DNA of 64,000 bases, taken from assembly GCA_965235115.1 (NCBI GenBank), contig OZ249436.1, positions 4,032,001 to 4,096,000 on the forward strand. The letters run 5' to 3'. Below, in pieces: positions 39,263-53,267 of this stretch. The notes under the pieces are model-generated. The model worked only from the letters and a program-made list of their open reading frames with translations, ran no database searches and was not told where the DNA came from. The position numbers and the translations under genes are program-made. Numbering within the stretch: the first letter of the stretch is position 1; every line of letters begins with the position of its first letter. The DNA comes from Laetmonice hystrix (taxonomy: Eukaryota).

Positions 39263-41145
39263 TCTTTGCACAGAGTACGCTGACAGATAATCAAATCGCC
39301 GGACAGCGGGTACTGTCCAGTTGGTCCTGACGTCACGACGTGACGTCGTCACGTTTGTCGGTGTAATGTCGTCACGTCACGTTTGTCGGTGTAATGTCGT
39401 CACGTCATGGCGTCGTCACGTTTGTCGGTGTAATGTCGTTACGTCATGAAACATGCCCTCAGACGCTGCGTCTGTTGACCGTTCAGTCCGTCATGCAGTC
39501 ACTCTGTCAGTCAGCTCTGTGGGGCCACCACGTGGCGAGAATCACTGCTCTCACTACTACACCATGGCAACCCGTCGACGCCACACTCTTGGGGTAACAG
39601 CATTTCTGGCCGAGGTGCGAGGTATTTTCAATGGGTGGTCACCATGCCTCTCAATAATTCACTTATTCTTCGTCAAACTGAAGAACCATCACGGTGTGAA
39701 ATGATGCAGGTAAAAACACCCCCAATAGGTTTTCTGCTTTGCGTTGCACTCCAAACGATTAATTTCTCATCACTCCAAAACTGAGCCGTCACTGAGAATG
39801 AAGTTGGCGGGCCGACCATCGCTATGATTTCCACGAATCATCCTACATGTTTCTGTTCCGTAAGCTGTCGGCTCACTCTCCGTTGAGTTCCGGCACGACG
39901 AATCCCGGGATACGTAAACCGTCCGATCTACAAGCCATTAGCCTGCTGGCGGCCATGTCCAGTTTGCGCGGCCAGTTAGGCCTACACAGAAGTCGCTTAC
40001 TCACGTGCATCTTCACGCGCCCCTGACAGAGTCTGACCCGCCGCCACCCATGCTCAACGTACAGTGAGCTAGTGCTGCACACGTGTGGGACGTCGTTCAT
40101 AACGAAACTACCGCAGCGCCACCGGGAGGCATTCAAGGAAATCAACCAGTTAAGCCTTGTGGATAATACATCTATGGTATATAGTCGAAGGCGAACTCAG
40201 GAATTTTGTCAAGTAAAAGGGGGGGGACGAACCGATTTTTTAAAGAGGCATAAGCTAAGGAAATATTTTAAGGTGAAACCTACGGATCCCTACGGACATG
40301 AATAGAAAAAAAAACCAAATCGTATTAATCTGGTTTTGGTGACGCTTGAGTGACGTCAATATTACGAGAAAATGACTTTTGGATCCTATAGACAAGCAAA
40401 AAAAGAAAGTCTTATTGTAGGCCTACCGTATATATTATGAAGACAGAATTACGTCATGTAACCTAGGTAACTATAGGCGTAAAGTGACCATCTATAGATT
40501 ATGGCACAATATTGTCGTTAAGATAATAACAAGCGTCAAAGAGATTTTCTGTACCGTTTAATCACATACTTTGACCCTTATAGAGATCTAAGGCCTATAA
40601 ATAGGCTACTGCCTAATCAGACCGTCATTCTGCCGTAACTTACGTCTATGATTCTGTTGATAACAACACAGAGCGGGAGAGAGCCGTGGAGTGATCTAGT
40701 ACTAATTAAAATGACTGATGGAACACATTGAAAGGTCACCAGTAACACATAAACTTGAAATAACAGAAGATAATAGAGATGAAATATAGTGATTTGCATT
40801 TCTTTTGATGTCTGCTTATCTTATTCATGACCAACGTCACAATAAAATAACGTGCCTGCGTCATAGGAGTGATTACACGTCAAAAGGTAACCTGCCGTGC
40901 CAGCATCGACTAGGCGTGGAGACATGCGACTACGCCATTCGTTGTTCTGTCTAGCATGCTTAGTTCTTCTTTCTCTGAAATCAGTCGACAAATACCGTTA
41001 ACAAAGCCAGGAGCTGCTCAATGTTTAATTATACCAGAGACTGCCCTATGACGTTTGGCAAACAGCACTGACAAAAATCACACAGAAACTGTCATGGGGC
41101 AACCGACTAGTGCCGGTTCTACAATAGCGATTGGAAGGGGGTTTG

Positions 41146-42486
41146 CGGTGTAGATATACCTGAGTGGGTGTAGATGGACCTGAGTGGGTGTAGATGGACC
41201 TGAGAGGGTATAGGTGGACCTGAGTGGGTGTAGGTGGACCTGAATGCGTGTAGATGGACCTGAGTGGGTGTAGGTGGACCTGAGTGGGTGTGGGTGGACC
41301 TGAGTGGGTGTAGCTGGGCCTGAGTGGGTGTAGGTGGACCTGAGTGGGTGTAGCTGGACCTGAGTGGGTGTAGATATACCTGAGTGGGTGTAGGTGGACC
41401 TGAGTGGGTGTAGACTCTAGATGGACCTGAGTGGGTGTAGCCTCTAGATGGACCTGAGTGGGTGTAGGTGGACCTGAGTGGGTGTAGATAGACCTGAGTG
41501 GGTGTAGATAGACCTGAGTGGGTGTAGGTGGACCTGAGTGGGTGTAGGTGGATCTGAGTGGATGTAGATGAACCTGAGTGGGTGTAGATGGACCTGAGTG
41601 GGTGTAGCTGGACCTGAGTGGGTGTAGATGGACCTGAGTGGGTGTAGGTGGACCTGAATGCGTGTAGATGGACCTGAGTGGGTGTAGGTGGACCTGAGTG
41701 GGTGTGGGTGGACCTGAGTGGGTGTAGCTGGACCTGAGTGGGTGTAGATGGACCTGAGTGGGTGTAGGTGGACCTGAATGCGTGTAGATGGACCTGAGTG
41801 GGTGTAGGTGGACCTGAATGCGTGTAGATGGACCTGAGTGGGTGTAGGTGGACCTGAGTGGGTGTGGGTGGACCTGAGTGGGTGTAGCTGGACCTGAGTG
41901 GGTGTAGATGGACCTGAGTGGGTGTAGCTGGACCTGAGTGGGTGTAGATGGACCTGAGTGGGTGTAGGTGGACCTGAGTGGGTGTAGGTGGACCTGAGTG
42001 GGTGTAGGTGGATCTGAGTGGATGTAGATGAACCTGAGTGGGTGTAGATGGACCTGAGTGGGTGTAGCTGGACCTGAGTGGGTGTAGATGGACCTGAGTG
42101 GGTGTAGGTGGACCTGAATGCGTGTAGATGGACCTGAGTGGGTGTAGGTGGACCTGAGTGGGTGTGGGTGGACCTGAGTGGGTGTAGCTGGACCTGAGTG
42201 GGTGTAGATGGACCTGAGGGGGTGTGGATGGACCTGAGTGGGTGTAGGTGGACCTGAGTGGGTGTAGGTGGACCTGAGTGGGTGTAGGTGGACCTGAGTG
42301 GGTGTAGGTGGACCTGAGTGGGTGTAGGTGGACCTGGGTGGGTGTAGGTGGACCTGAGGGGGTGTAGGTGGACCTGAGGGAGTGTAGGTGGACCTGAGTG
42401 GGTGTAGATAGACGTTAGTGGGTGTAGGTGGACCTGAGAGGGTGTAGGTGGACCTGATGGGGTGTAGATAGACGTTAGTGGGTGTA
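41146..42486. repeat. 20-bp G-rich minisatellite, ~66 copies
   Basis: Unit GTGGGTGTAGRTGGACCTGA. Confidence 0.97.
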
Positions 42487-43904
42487 CATCATTTTTGTAA
42501 TCGGTTTCGCGGGGGTTGAAAGTTTATGTTTTATTCGTTATTTTACGTCGGGGTAGAAAACCTACTCTATGAGACTGGGGCTCATGTACTGTCACGCGAC
42601 TATAGCTGGTGACGTGACCGCGGTGTCAATCTCCCAACTGCATATACTTATTTCCACTGCACGGTACCACAGCGGAATGGATAAAAAGGACAGAATGCTC
42701 AAGAATGATGATAAGGATAAGGTTACAGATAGATGGCGTTACTGGTACTGTAGTTTAGCTGTGAGATGTCAACTTGACAGGCGCTGTGCATGATGTTAAC
42801 AAACGAGGTAGTGTTGAAAAGATAGACTGAAATGGTCACGGTATTTTTGCTCCACATGTTGTAGGCTACTGGAGCCTATCTTTGTTTTATCACGGTAGTC
42901 AGGGTCTCTGACGTTGTTATATGTTTTCTCACCTCCGCAGGGGATATGTCTGCCTTCTCCTGTATCTTCGTGCCATTGGTATTTTACACATGTACTGCTG
43001 ACTGTATTACGTGATTGTGAGATTTTGCAGAACGGGATGCATGCAGTGACGGCAAAAAATCGCTTCTCGAGTGATTTTTTTTGGCGGATAGCCGGACTGA
43101 CGCGTTACCAGATGTGTACACACTGATTGGATTTTATTGTTCGCGATTTTTTTTTCTTTTTTTTTTGCCGTTGCCGCATTGTCGAATTATCTTTGCCGTT
43201 GCCTTTCAAACGCTACATTTGTACGCAGCTTAAGGCTTCAAACAGATATAATATTTCCCAAATGCTACAAGCGATGTTATTTTGAATTTAGAGGGAAAAT
43301 TCCCTTTCCTGATTTTTCGTCTGCGGTTTTAGCATTACGAATAGCCAGTTGACGGTGACGTCGACTATTAGATTAGTTATTAGAATCACATTAACAAAGC
43401 AATAATAGCATAGGTTTCAGTAGATTTACACTTAGTGTGTCGTGGTGGAATGGATGCCTAGCGTCTATGAGGAATGACATAGGACATAAATTGGGTTTGA
43501 AAAATGCAGTCACCGCCGACAGGCCGACAGGCCGACAGGCCGACAGGCCGACAGGCCGACAGGCCGACAGGGATAGATGGAGGCACATAGGAAGACAGGC
43601 GAGCCATGTAATTGATGTCATCGACCTAGAACGATGTTTATTGGTCAACTTTGCTAGACGACGGTCGCCAACTTCCTCCATGCAACCCGATTAATCAGCA
43701 CAGAGTTCACATCTGTCTTCCGGCGAGGTTGTCGACTCCAGACTCCGGGCCGCGGGTTTAAGTTACATGCCTTTCTCTGCTCTGGGCTCAGGTATGGAGG
43801 CTTGAAAGAGCTCAGCAGATATCGTTGCGATCCCTAAACTCCATCCTAGTACGTAGATCTACTTAATCTTAATACTGACTCCATCCTAGTATGTACTCAA
43901 TCCT

Positions 43905-45065
43905 AGTACGTAGTCCTAATCAAGCCTGGTATGTATACTCAATCATTGTACTCAATACGTATTCCTAATCAAGCCTGGTATGTATACTCAATCATTGTAC
44001 TCAACACGTAGTCCTACTCAAGCCTGGTATGTATACTCAATCATTGTACTCAATACGTATTCCTAATCAAGCCTGGTATGTATACTCAATCATTGTACTC
44101 AATACGTAGTCCTACTCTTAGCCTGGTATGTATACTCAATCATTGTACTCAACACGTAGTCCTACTCAAGCCTGGTATGTATACTCAATCATTGTACTCA
44201 ACACGTAGTCCTACTCAAGCCTGGTATGTATACTCAATCATTGTACTCAACACGTAGTCCTACTCAAGCCTGGTATGTATACTCAATCATTGTACTCAAC
44301 ACGTAGTCTTACTCAAGCCTGGTATGTATACTCAATCATTGTACTCAATACGTAGTCCTACTCAAGCCTGGTATGTATACTCAATCATTGTACTCAACAC
44401 GTAGTCCTACTCAAGCCTGATATGTATACTCAATCATTGTACTCAACACGTAGTCCTACTCAAGCCTGGTATGTATACTCAATCATTGTACTCAACACGT
44501 AGTCCTACTCAAGCCTGGTATGTATACTCAATCATTGTACTCAACACGTAGTCCTACTCTTAGCCTGGTATGTATACTCAATCATTGTACTCAACACGTA
44601 GTCCTACTCAAGCCTGGTATGTATACTCAATCATTGTACTCAACACGTAGTCCTACTCAAGCCTGGTATGTATACTCAATCATTGCACTCAACACGTAGT
44701 CCTACTCTTAGCCTGGTATGTATACTCAATCATTGTACTCAACACGTAGTCCTACTCAAGCCTGGTATGTATACTCAATCATTGTACTCAACACGTAGTC
44801 CTACTGAAGCCTGGTATGTATACTCAATCATTGTACTCAACACGTAGTCCTACTCTTAGCCTGGTATGTATACTCAATCATTGTACTCAACACGTATAGT
44901 TCTACTCAAGCCTGGTATGTATACTCAATCATTGTACTCAACACGTAGTCCTACTCTTAGCCTGGTATGTATACTCAATCATTGTACTCAACACGTATAG
45001 TTCTACTCAAGCCTGGTATGTATACTCAATCATTGTACTCAACACGTAGTCCTGGTATGTATACT
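43905..45065. repeat. 49-bp minisatellite, ~23 copies
   Basis: Unit CTCAAGCCTGGTATGTATACTCAATCATTGTACTCAACACGTAGTCCTA. Confidence 0.96.
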
Positions 45066-45937
45066 GAATTCTAGCACACGTACACGTGTACACTGGGGAC
45101 GGATCCGGAATTTGTAACTCTGAAGGGGGCGGCTTGATCGTCTAAGGTGCGCTGCATTTAATTTCTGTGGTAATTTCTCCCAGAAGATTTAAACTCCCAT
45201 AGCCCCCCCCCCCTACAACTCCATCCCATAAGCTAATTTAGGGGGAGTGAGCGTTTATGAGAAGGGAGTTCATTTAAACTCCCATAGCGCCCCCCTACAA
45301 CTCCATCTCTCATTTAAGCTAATTTAGGGGGAGTGAGCGTTTATGAGAAGGGAGTTCATTCTTATATGACCTCGTTATTTCGTTATCAGGTTTAAAACGA
45401 ATAGTCGAATCATCATGTGCGCCTTCACTAACAGGAGGACTCTCCTACATACAAACTGAGGAACATTCGCGATCGATATGTCTGCAGCTACGACATATAC
45501 ATGGGGCGCAAAGCCTTGTTTGGCTTCATTCCTTTCAATGTGACAGATAGAATAATAAGATCATTACAAAGAGGTTAGTTCTATTTCTGCTGTAACATTC
45601 GGTCGCCCTAGCTTGCACTGTATCATATGGCGCCTCCCATTATAAGTGACTATAACCATGGGGCGAAAGCCCTAAATTAAGTAGGGGGCAGTAGTTCTGT
45701 GACAAATAGTGGGGTGCTCATCTTTGTGCCCCTCGGCATTATTTACTGTTGTTAATAGACGTCCAATTGTACCCACTGGAGGCCCACAGCTGACAGATCC
45801 GACCCGACCAGACCTACATAGTCCTTTATAACTGTTTGATGCCACAGGTCGCAGGCCCTACATATTTGTAATGCAATGTAAATATAGTCTAATGGTTCTA
45901 TTTTTCCTTTAAGAATTCCAATATAAATGTCCTTTCC

Positions 45938-46281
45938 CCCTGTTCTGCCCCTGCTCCTGCTCCTGCACCTCTCTCTGCCCCTGCACCTCTTTCTGCCCCT
46001 GCTCCTGCTCCTGCCCCTGCACCTCTCTCTCTGCCCCTGCTCCTGCTCCTGCCCCTGCACGTCTCTCTGCCCCTGCCCCTTCTCTGCCCCTGCCCCTTCT
46101 CTGCCCCTGCCCCTCCTCTGCCCCTGCCCCTCCTCTGCCCCTGCACCTCTCTCTGCCCCTGCCCCTCCCCTCCCCTGCCCCTCCTCTGCCCCTGCCCCTC
46201 CCCTCCCCTGCCCCTCCTCTGCCCCTGCCCTGCCCCTGCTCTTCCCCTGCCCTGCTCCTATCCCTGCTTCACCTGCCCCTG
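45938..46281. repeat. (CTGCCC)n-like low-complexity repeat
   Basis: Directly visible. Confidence 0.93.
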
Positions 46282-47689
46282 TCACCAATGTTTCCATACA
46301 GAACGATAAAAGCGAGCCTTTCCGCATCGTGGGGTTTAACCACAATATGTGCCTACCTGGGCCCCATGTCGATATTCCGCCGTGGTTAACGATAAGACCA
46401 ATTTTCGGCTAGCAAACCCTCGATTTGTCACTGTGTACGGTCTGCTTAAAATGAGCAGTGAATGCAATTAGGCCTATGGGCGACACACGGCGCCAGTGGG
46501 AGGGCAAGATGTCTCACTGATAATAATCCAATGTCATTATCGTAGAAGGAAAAAGAGAGGACTTATTTGTGGAAGATGGTGGCTTGATGTCCACGGTGTC
46601 CTCTCCTGATGTTAGCACCGGCTAACGGGCAATAAAAACGGCAATGGCCGAACGGCAGCGTCCCCGGATTTACATTGGTTATTTGGACGTGTCACTCCTG
46701 TGATGAGGAGATCGACTGATGGAGAGTGGGAAGCCAGGGTTTGATGTCCACTAGGCTGGGTCCATCGAGGGTATGCAGCGTATAGGCGGTAGTTCCATCC
46801 GCGGAGGTCAAGCAGACAGACACTGTTGCTTTAAACATGCATGTCAAGTATATTTATCAAACAATCCAAATAAACAGATTACGTACTTCAATTTTAGCCA
46901 TTATGTTAAAGCCAACAGCGCGTATCTCTCAATGAGTCCAAAATACGGACATGGGCTGTCAGGTTAGGACTACATAAATCAATAAATGTTTACTCACAGA
47001 AATGGGGAAATCTAATGAAATTCAACATTCCAGTTGCCTGTTGTCGCCATGAAGCGAACGTCTCATGACTTGTTGTTGACCTGGCATTGACTTGGACAGC
47101 CAATTAAATTAAGGCATTACCTAATCGTCTTGTGAGCTGACAAAAATCCGAGCTCCCTGCGCTTACTGGGAGTGCAGAAAGTATTGAAGCAGTGCTAGAC
47201 GGTGTATAACTAAAAGATTACATGTCTGGAGATCTACGCGTTAACGATCGACGTGCCTTGTGTATGGCGTATGTTAACACCCCAGGCAGACCTAATGGTC
47301 CACACACCCGCATTCTGACAATGCCCCGTAGGGATCTATAGGCCTGTTATAACCCGAGAATCGACCAAGACGATTGTGTTTGCGGATATTTACATTAAAG
47401 GTAGACTTTCACTCTGCAATTGGCCGCCACTCCCCCATGGGGTCCATCCTTTAATGGGATGGTTAGAGTAAGGCTAGTCATGGCGTCGTCCAGGTCGATA
47501 AATCAGGGCCCTCTTGGATGCAGTGAGACGGACACCCGTATGGACTTCCTGGCTCTTTTGTCCAACTTCCGGTTAACCAGGATATAGTTACATCCGGCGT
47601 CAACTCTCAGCTAGGTGTGGCTGCCCGGCGTCGGTTTGCTCCTCACTGAATGTGTCGGGTGATAGGATTATTCTGAAACAGGGTACCTA

Positions 47690-48718
47690 GTGGGCTGCCA
47701 AAAACATGGGGATTCTATAATGTTTACCTCAATGTCATAATATTTGGAATATGATGGGTAATTGGGGCGTGTGGTACAAATTTAAGATAAATAGGTCATA
47801 ACGTCTAAAAAAATAGGGTCATTTTAAAAACTGCATATCAAAAATTGCAATGCCGGACCAGGCGTCCTCGGCAGAGTTGGTCCTACTGTGTCTGGAACAC
47901 TCTTTACGTGACTATAGCTTCTACAATTTGCATTGTTTGCCACCGATATTTAGGGCATCATATTTATATGGTTAATAGCATTTTGTGGTGAAACTTCCAT
48001 GCAGATAGGCCAAAATCTCTTTATGTGGAAACAAATCAAACATCACATGTCGAAAAATGCAATGCCGGAGAGCCATGTAAGTGTCACCTACCTATTTCAG
48101 TTAGAATGAAAAGGTGATCGATGTGACCCCATCCTGTTCACTGTTCACACACAGCCCTTAGTCTCTTTTTGAATATCCCGATTGACGTCCTGACTTCTTC
48201 TAGAGCAATTCCCTCCCACTTTTCGCTGAATTTTCTCCTATTGATCGTTCTCGGTGAATTTTTGTTTGCGACCTTTATAGACTTTTTCAGACAGGGAATC
48301 TTAAATGGTGTAATCCATGGGGTTTAAATCGGGACCGGCCACCAGTTTTTGGCAGGGGTCATTTCATACATTTGACGTCACGTCATTCAGACACAGTGGC
48401 AACAACCCTGCCTTAATTGGGACACGCACCAAGAAAACTGGGTCATTCAACGCGACGGGATTCGACGGTTTTTTTCAGGGCAGTTTCCCGCTTAAAAGAC
48501 GTGCGGCATCATGCTAATGACCCTGGTCCGGCATTGCAATTTTTGACACGGATTTTTAAAAATGGCCCTATTTGTAGACGTTTTGACTTATATCTGAAAT
48601 GTGTACCACAGGCCCCAAATAACCAGATGATATCATGCCAAAATATTATGACATTGGGATAAAAATCGTAGAAGTTTTAGTCAAGAAAAGAGTGTTTCAA
48701 ATTTTTTGGCCCACCCGA
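47690..48718. mobile_element. ~1-kb non-autonomous DNA transposon with long imperfect TIRs
   Basis: ~47728-47866 (CAATGTCATAATATTTGG...AATTGCAATGCCGGACCAGG) is the diverged reverse complement of ~48519-48657. Confidence 0.7.
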
Positions 48719-50829
48719 TATATAGGATACCTAATATACTACTTTAATTAAAGGTAATCGATCACCCTAGAGCCACCGAGTTTTGTCGGAGCGTTGTCCC
48801 CACTTCCTACGAATCCGCGTATTTCAAGATTACCTTATCTTGAATCTATCCCACTGGACTGATAAAACATTCTGTCGTAATCCTAACATTGTTGTGCTAG
48901 GTCTGTTGTTAATTAAGAGCCATAATGAGGCGATACATCCCGTCTTTTTCATCCCAATGGACTGAGAACTGCCGCATTCCCTTCCTAACCATCATAGCGG
49001 TCGTTACTAAGCAACGGGAACAGCGCGCATGCGCGTGTGCTGCTCGCCCCCCCCCCATAATCCAAATAAGGGCATGATTTGATTCGCGTGCTCTCGTCTC
49101 TAGCCAAATAGGCAAACGCTTGATTAATTAATTAATTAAAAATATTGTCGATATGGACGCGCCATGGTACCAGACTGCTAGAAACCCCTTAAAATTATTG
49201 TTTTTACTCAAGTTTTGTTGAATTGACTGCGTTTATTTCAATTTTCGGACAGATTTCCTTAACGTGAAATTAACTGTGGGTGCTCAGACTGTATGGTATA
49301 AGACATTTTCTGTATTGGCACTACTTCATACTTGGATTACTGCTCCTCGCATATTGTAAGAATCTGAAACTTAGGAAGTGTTGCTCCTGAGGCAAGCGGT
49401 GCAAACGTTAAACCCTTTCAGCATTCTGACATTTTAAAAAAATGGAGACTGTGTGATCCGTATTCAAAATACTTTAATAATTTAACAGTTGATATTTTAA
49501 CGGAAAAGAGCGAACGAACGGTATCAACTTGTTGGGGGTACATCGCCCATGATAACTTAACCCCCACGAAATTTGGTCGAAAGTAAAGATCTATATGGCC
49601 CTGACCTTATCCCTCACCCCTAACCTCAGTCCCTACACCTCTCAAAAAGATACCCCTATGCTATCCCTATCCCTATCCCTGACCTTAACTCTAACCCCTG
49701 CCTGTGGGTAAAGTATCATGGGGGAATAACCTTGTTGGGCCACTCTGAGTGATAAGTCTACAACACATCTGACTCTATTGGAAAATATACACGTGAGGAA
49801 TCTGTATGCATCCCATAAAGCCGGCCTTAAACATGTATTGGCAAACGTTTAGTTAAATTTATTGTCACAATTGCAGGCCGCTATAAATAATTCATGTTTA
49901 ATGGGCCAGTTTGATGGTGGCGCCGCCTGGTGTACTAAAGGTTCCCTATTCGATGTCTGGATTGTATCTGGGCCGTGCCGGGTAATTCTCGCCTCCTTGG
50001 TCAAATAAGTCCACCGCCCGGCACACTGCCTTTATAGCTCCGCCGCCTTGAATGGATGCTTGTCGATGCTACCCTACAGCAATTCGCCTTGGAGTTCGGC
50101 AAACCTATTATTCTGTCTTTTCTGAGTCATATATCTTTCCTGTCTCTACTGACATCCCGAATAGACCTGTCTGCTCAAGCCATATGAACGAGAAAGGATC
50201 CACGACCGGAATTTCCTCGGTCGATTGGCAATAAATGAACGAATTCGTGGTGTGAAGAAGCATAGACATGTTTCACAGCGGACAAGGAACAGCCAGATAT
50301 GATTTACTTCTCCTGGTAAGAAAAGTTTAACTTTCCCGGGAGGAAAAAATATACGTTTTTTGTTGACATGGCATTCGTCTGGTTATGAAGGCTGTCAAGC
50401 AGAAGAAGAAAAAGAAGAAGAAGAAAAAGAAGAAGAAGAAGAAGAAGAATTATCGGAGAAGAATCGGTAATTGTAGCCTCCTACATTACAGATTTTTATG
50501 TTGCTGGCGCCCCAACAACAGTGTGGGTCTTAATTAGCCCAGATGTTAATTAAACATTTGGTTGTCCGGCCCATAGTGACTGGCGTTAGTCCCGCCGGAA
50601 GTCAGCCCCGAACAACCTCATTTCCGGGACCTCCTTGAAGCCAACTGGCAGCCTGGGATTGGCGTTAACTGCGAGGCCGAGTCAATCTGGCAGCACTTTA
50701 TTGCTGCAGTTAGATACATATTATGAGCCTAAGCCCATTTCATTAGGACATCGGTCATGCTTGAGCCCTGGAAATAAAGGGGTAAGTGCTTTGGGGAGCC
50801 TTTGGCAAGTTCCATTATCCTTTTCTTAA

Positions 50830-51861
50830 AGAGGCATGCTAAAATGTACGTTTTTGAGGATTTCCGGCGATTATCCAACATGACCGTGTACTAGGGGACT
50901 AAGTAAATAATCCTACCACAGCATTTTGTCCTCCAACGTGTTTTCGCTGCGTATGCAGCACAAGTAGATTCTATTCGACCAAACCTATAGATTTCTCACG
51001 ATAGGACATCTCCCGCCATAATTTAGGAGACAACCTCCCATCAACCCGTGTAATCGCGTACTGCGTCACATCCTGTTTGTGCACTCTACAGGTGTTTGGC
51101 AAACTTGTTCCCACCGCGCATGCACGACCTCTGACCTCCGCCGTTGGAGAGTGGGTCACTGGGTGCTTGGTCACGTGCTTCGCTTAGTTGTAAACAATTC
51201 AGCAGAGCTCTGCACTCGGCTTATCGTTCGCATCAAAATGCCACCCAAAAAATATTTTACGGAATCAGCAGTGAAGCGGGCAAGGACAGAAAGATACAGA
51301 AGTTGGAAAAGACAGCAAGTCAATCTTGGAAACCAAGGCAGGGGGCCGCTGGCGAGGTTGGCGGGGTCGTTGGGTGGCACCAGCGGCCGGTAGCGGTGAC
51401 GGTGACAGGTGAGGCTGTGTGTCTTGGGGGAGCGGGGATGGACACACGGGACACGGTCGGTAGGTACGTACGGAGCCGCTATTCCCGATTCCTTCCACCA
51501 CGATCGAGTGTCAGACAATTTCCTGACTGATAAAACTAAACGTACACACGAAATGTTTGGCGTTTATACTCGCCATCTCCATCCCGTTCGTAGCCATGTG
51601 AAACGCTTCAAAACAAACCGTCTGAGCATGCGCGAGGGTTCTGCGTATCACGTGTGTCAACAAAAGCCACGTGCAAACGGTGGGCGGAGCAGTTTTCCCA
51701 GACGGTCAGAAGGGGGCTCCAAAAACTTCGATTTCTCACGCAAAATAAAAATGATATGTCTGTCTTTGTTTACCAGTCAATTTTAATGAAGGATCTCTTC
51801 ATGGAAACAGCAAAAGTTCTTTGAAATACCGATTTCTCACTTTTTCCCATAAAATACACCT
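50830..51861 (+). mobile_element. Possible Kolobok-related element remnant
   Basis: TTAA-flanked RR..YY ends with weak TIR match; internal ORF fragment MPPKKYFTESAVKRARTERYRSWKRQQVNLG. Confidence 0.35.
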
Positions 51862-52823
51862 TTAACTACATTAAGATGAGGAGAAACGGCCTAATTAATC
51901 TGTCTATCTGGGCCCTGTAACATTTTGGCATGCTATCGATATCGTATTCATCATAATAGCTGTTTAAACAGTAGGTCATGATACACTAATATGACATATT
52001 GTACATCACAAGGTCCAAATTTACGCTTTTTGAAGGGTCATTGTACACCATGTTGAAAACAGGGTAGGCAGGTCTGGCGAGATGACTGCAAGGGTCGTTA
52101 AAACAAAAACAAACAAAAAACAAAAAAAAAAAACAAAAAAAAAAAAAAGATTGTTCAAATTCCAACCACCTGTTTGAGCTTCCTGTGTAGAAAGGGTTAG
52201 GAAGGCGGGGCTATTTCCGCTCGGAAGTAAAAGATGTTTTCGTATGCAATCAAGATTACCCAGTCCTGGCTTAAGCCGATCGTAAGTGCCATTAAATGTC
52301 TGTTAGTGTTTTCTCATTAGCCGTTTGACAGTGCTGTCGTCTTCTGGGACTGTTGGATGACATAAAAACGCAACTCATACGGAGGCCATTTTTTGTCGGT
52401 GGTTCGTACGCATGCGGCCTGGAATCGTGATCGACATGGCATGAACAATTAATCCCGGCTCACTCTCGAATCTTGGAGTGTCAGGGTATAGTTCTTGGAG
52501 TGTTGGGATAGTTATTGATGTCGTTGTGTAAAATGTGTGTTTGGCGTGCTGTTAATAATGTTTAGGCTCGCAATTTATAAAATTTGGCATCGGCAAAATA
52601 AAGGTAGGAGGCATGTAAATGTATTTTCAACTTTTTCGTTTCATTTTGAACGAAACGGGATCATCCCAACCGGGTCTGCGCCGGGGCGCCGTGCATAGTA
52701 GTGGTAGTATAGACTGTAAGTGAGAGAGAGGAGGGAGAGGGAGATAGAGAGAGAGACAGGGAGAGAGAGAAAAAGAGAGATATGGGGGAGGGCGAGGGAG
52801 AAAAGAAAAAAGAAAAAAAAAAG

Positions 52824-52828
52824 AAAAA
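52824..52828 (-). terminator. Pol III oligo-T terminator, copy A
   Basis: TTTTT directly after the 3' strand of the closing stem, followed by further T runs. Confidence 0.6.
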
Positions 52829-53199
52829 GTGAACTTGGTCTTAGTCGACTGGATACGTTCATCCTACCGTTCGAAGATCTGGCGTCTGAGACAACACGTG
52901 ATAACCCAATGATAGCCGCCATACGGAACTGTGCCACAGATCGACCCACTGACGGGGAACGGGTTGTATTGCTACATCCCTTTAGAAGAGTCATGTCGCA
53001 CTTTTCTCAGGCTTGCACCCTCCCGCCTCCAAGTGGACACTAAGTGACTCATCATACTGTCAGTGTTTGAACCATCAGCACGTGTTGCCAGACTACGACC
53101 GAACGTGGACCCATGCAAGCTCCTTCCGACCCATCAGCCAGTTCATGGGAGACAGACCCGAGTCTATCTAAGCGATACTTTCAGACGTGACCGTTCACT
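52824..53199 (-). ncRNA. Putative Pol III-transcribed structured ncRNA, unknown family, copy A (~376 nt)
   Basis: Starts AGUGAAC 34 nt after the start of TATATAAAGC and ends GUUCAC-UUUUU (5'/3' closing stem plus T5). Core 52866-53109 is homologous to 60350-60602, with identical blocks of 33, 22, 17 and 14 nt. Confidence 0.75.
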
Positions 53200-53223
53200 G
53201 TACATGTGCCAAGTGGTTTCGTG

Positions 53224-53267
53224 GCTTTATATAGTGGGGAGGTCAAGCTGGACCTCAAGAGTGGTGT
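53224..53267 (-). promoter_or_regulatory. Type-3 (U6-like) Pol III promoter of copy A: PSE-like box plus TATA
   Basis: ACACCACTCTTGAGGTCC (53267-53250), 16-bp spacer, TATATAAAGC (53233-53224). Geometry matches copy B. Confidence 0.65.

Noticed and set aside
39263..39352. N-terminal extension of ORF 38966..39352
   Set aside because: Begins at a non-ATG codon; first ATG is at 39262.
52824..53199. Identification of the ncRNA as RNase P/MRP, 7SK, telomerase RNA or a group I intron
   Set aside because: GTCTGAGAC and CAGACTAC resemble RNase P P4 only on the non-transcribed strand and lack the GGAA and ACNNNA context. There is no CUAACCC template, no recognisable 7SK ends and no ordered P/Q/R/S elements. 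This was judged by eye, so Rfam should still be run.
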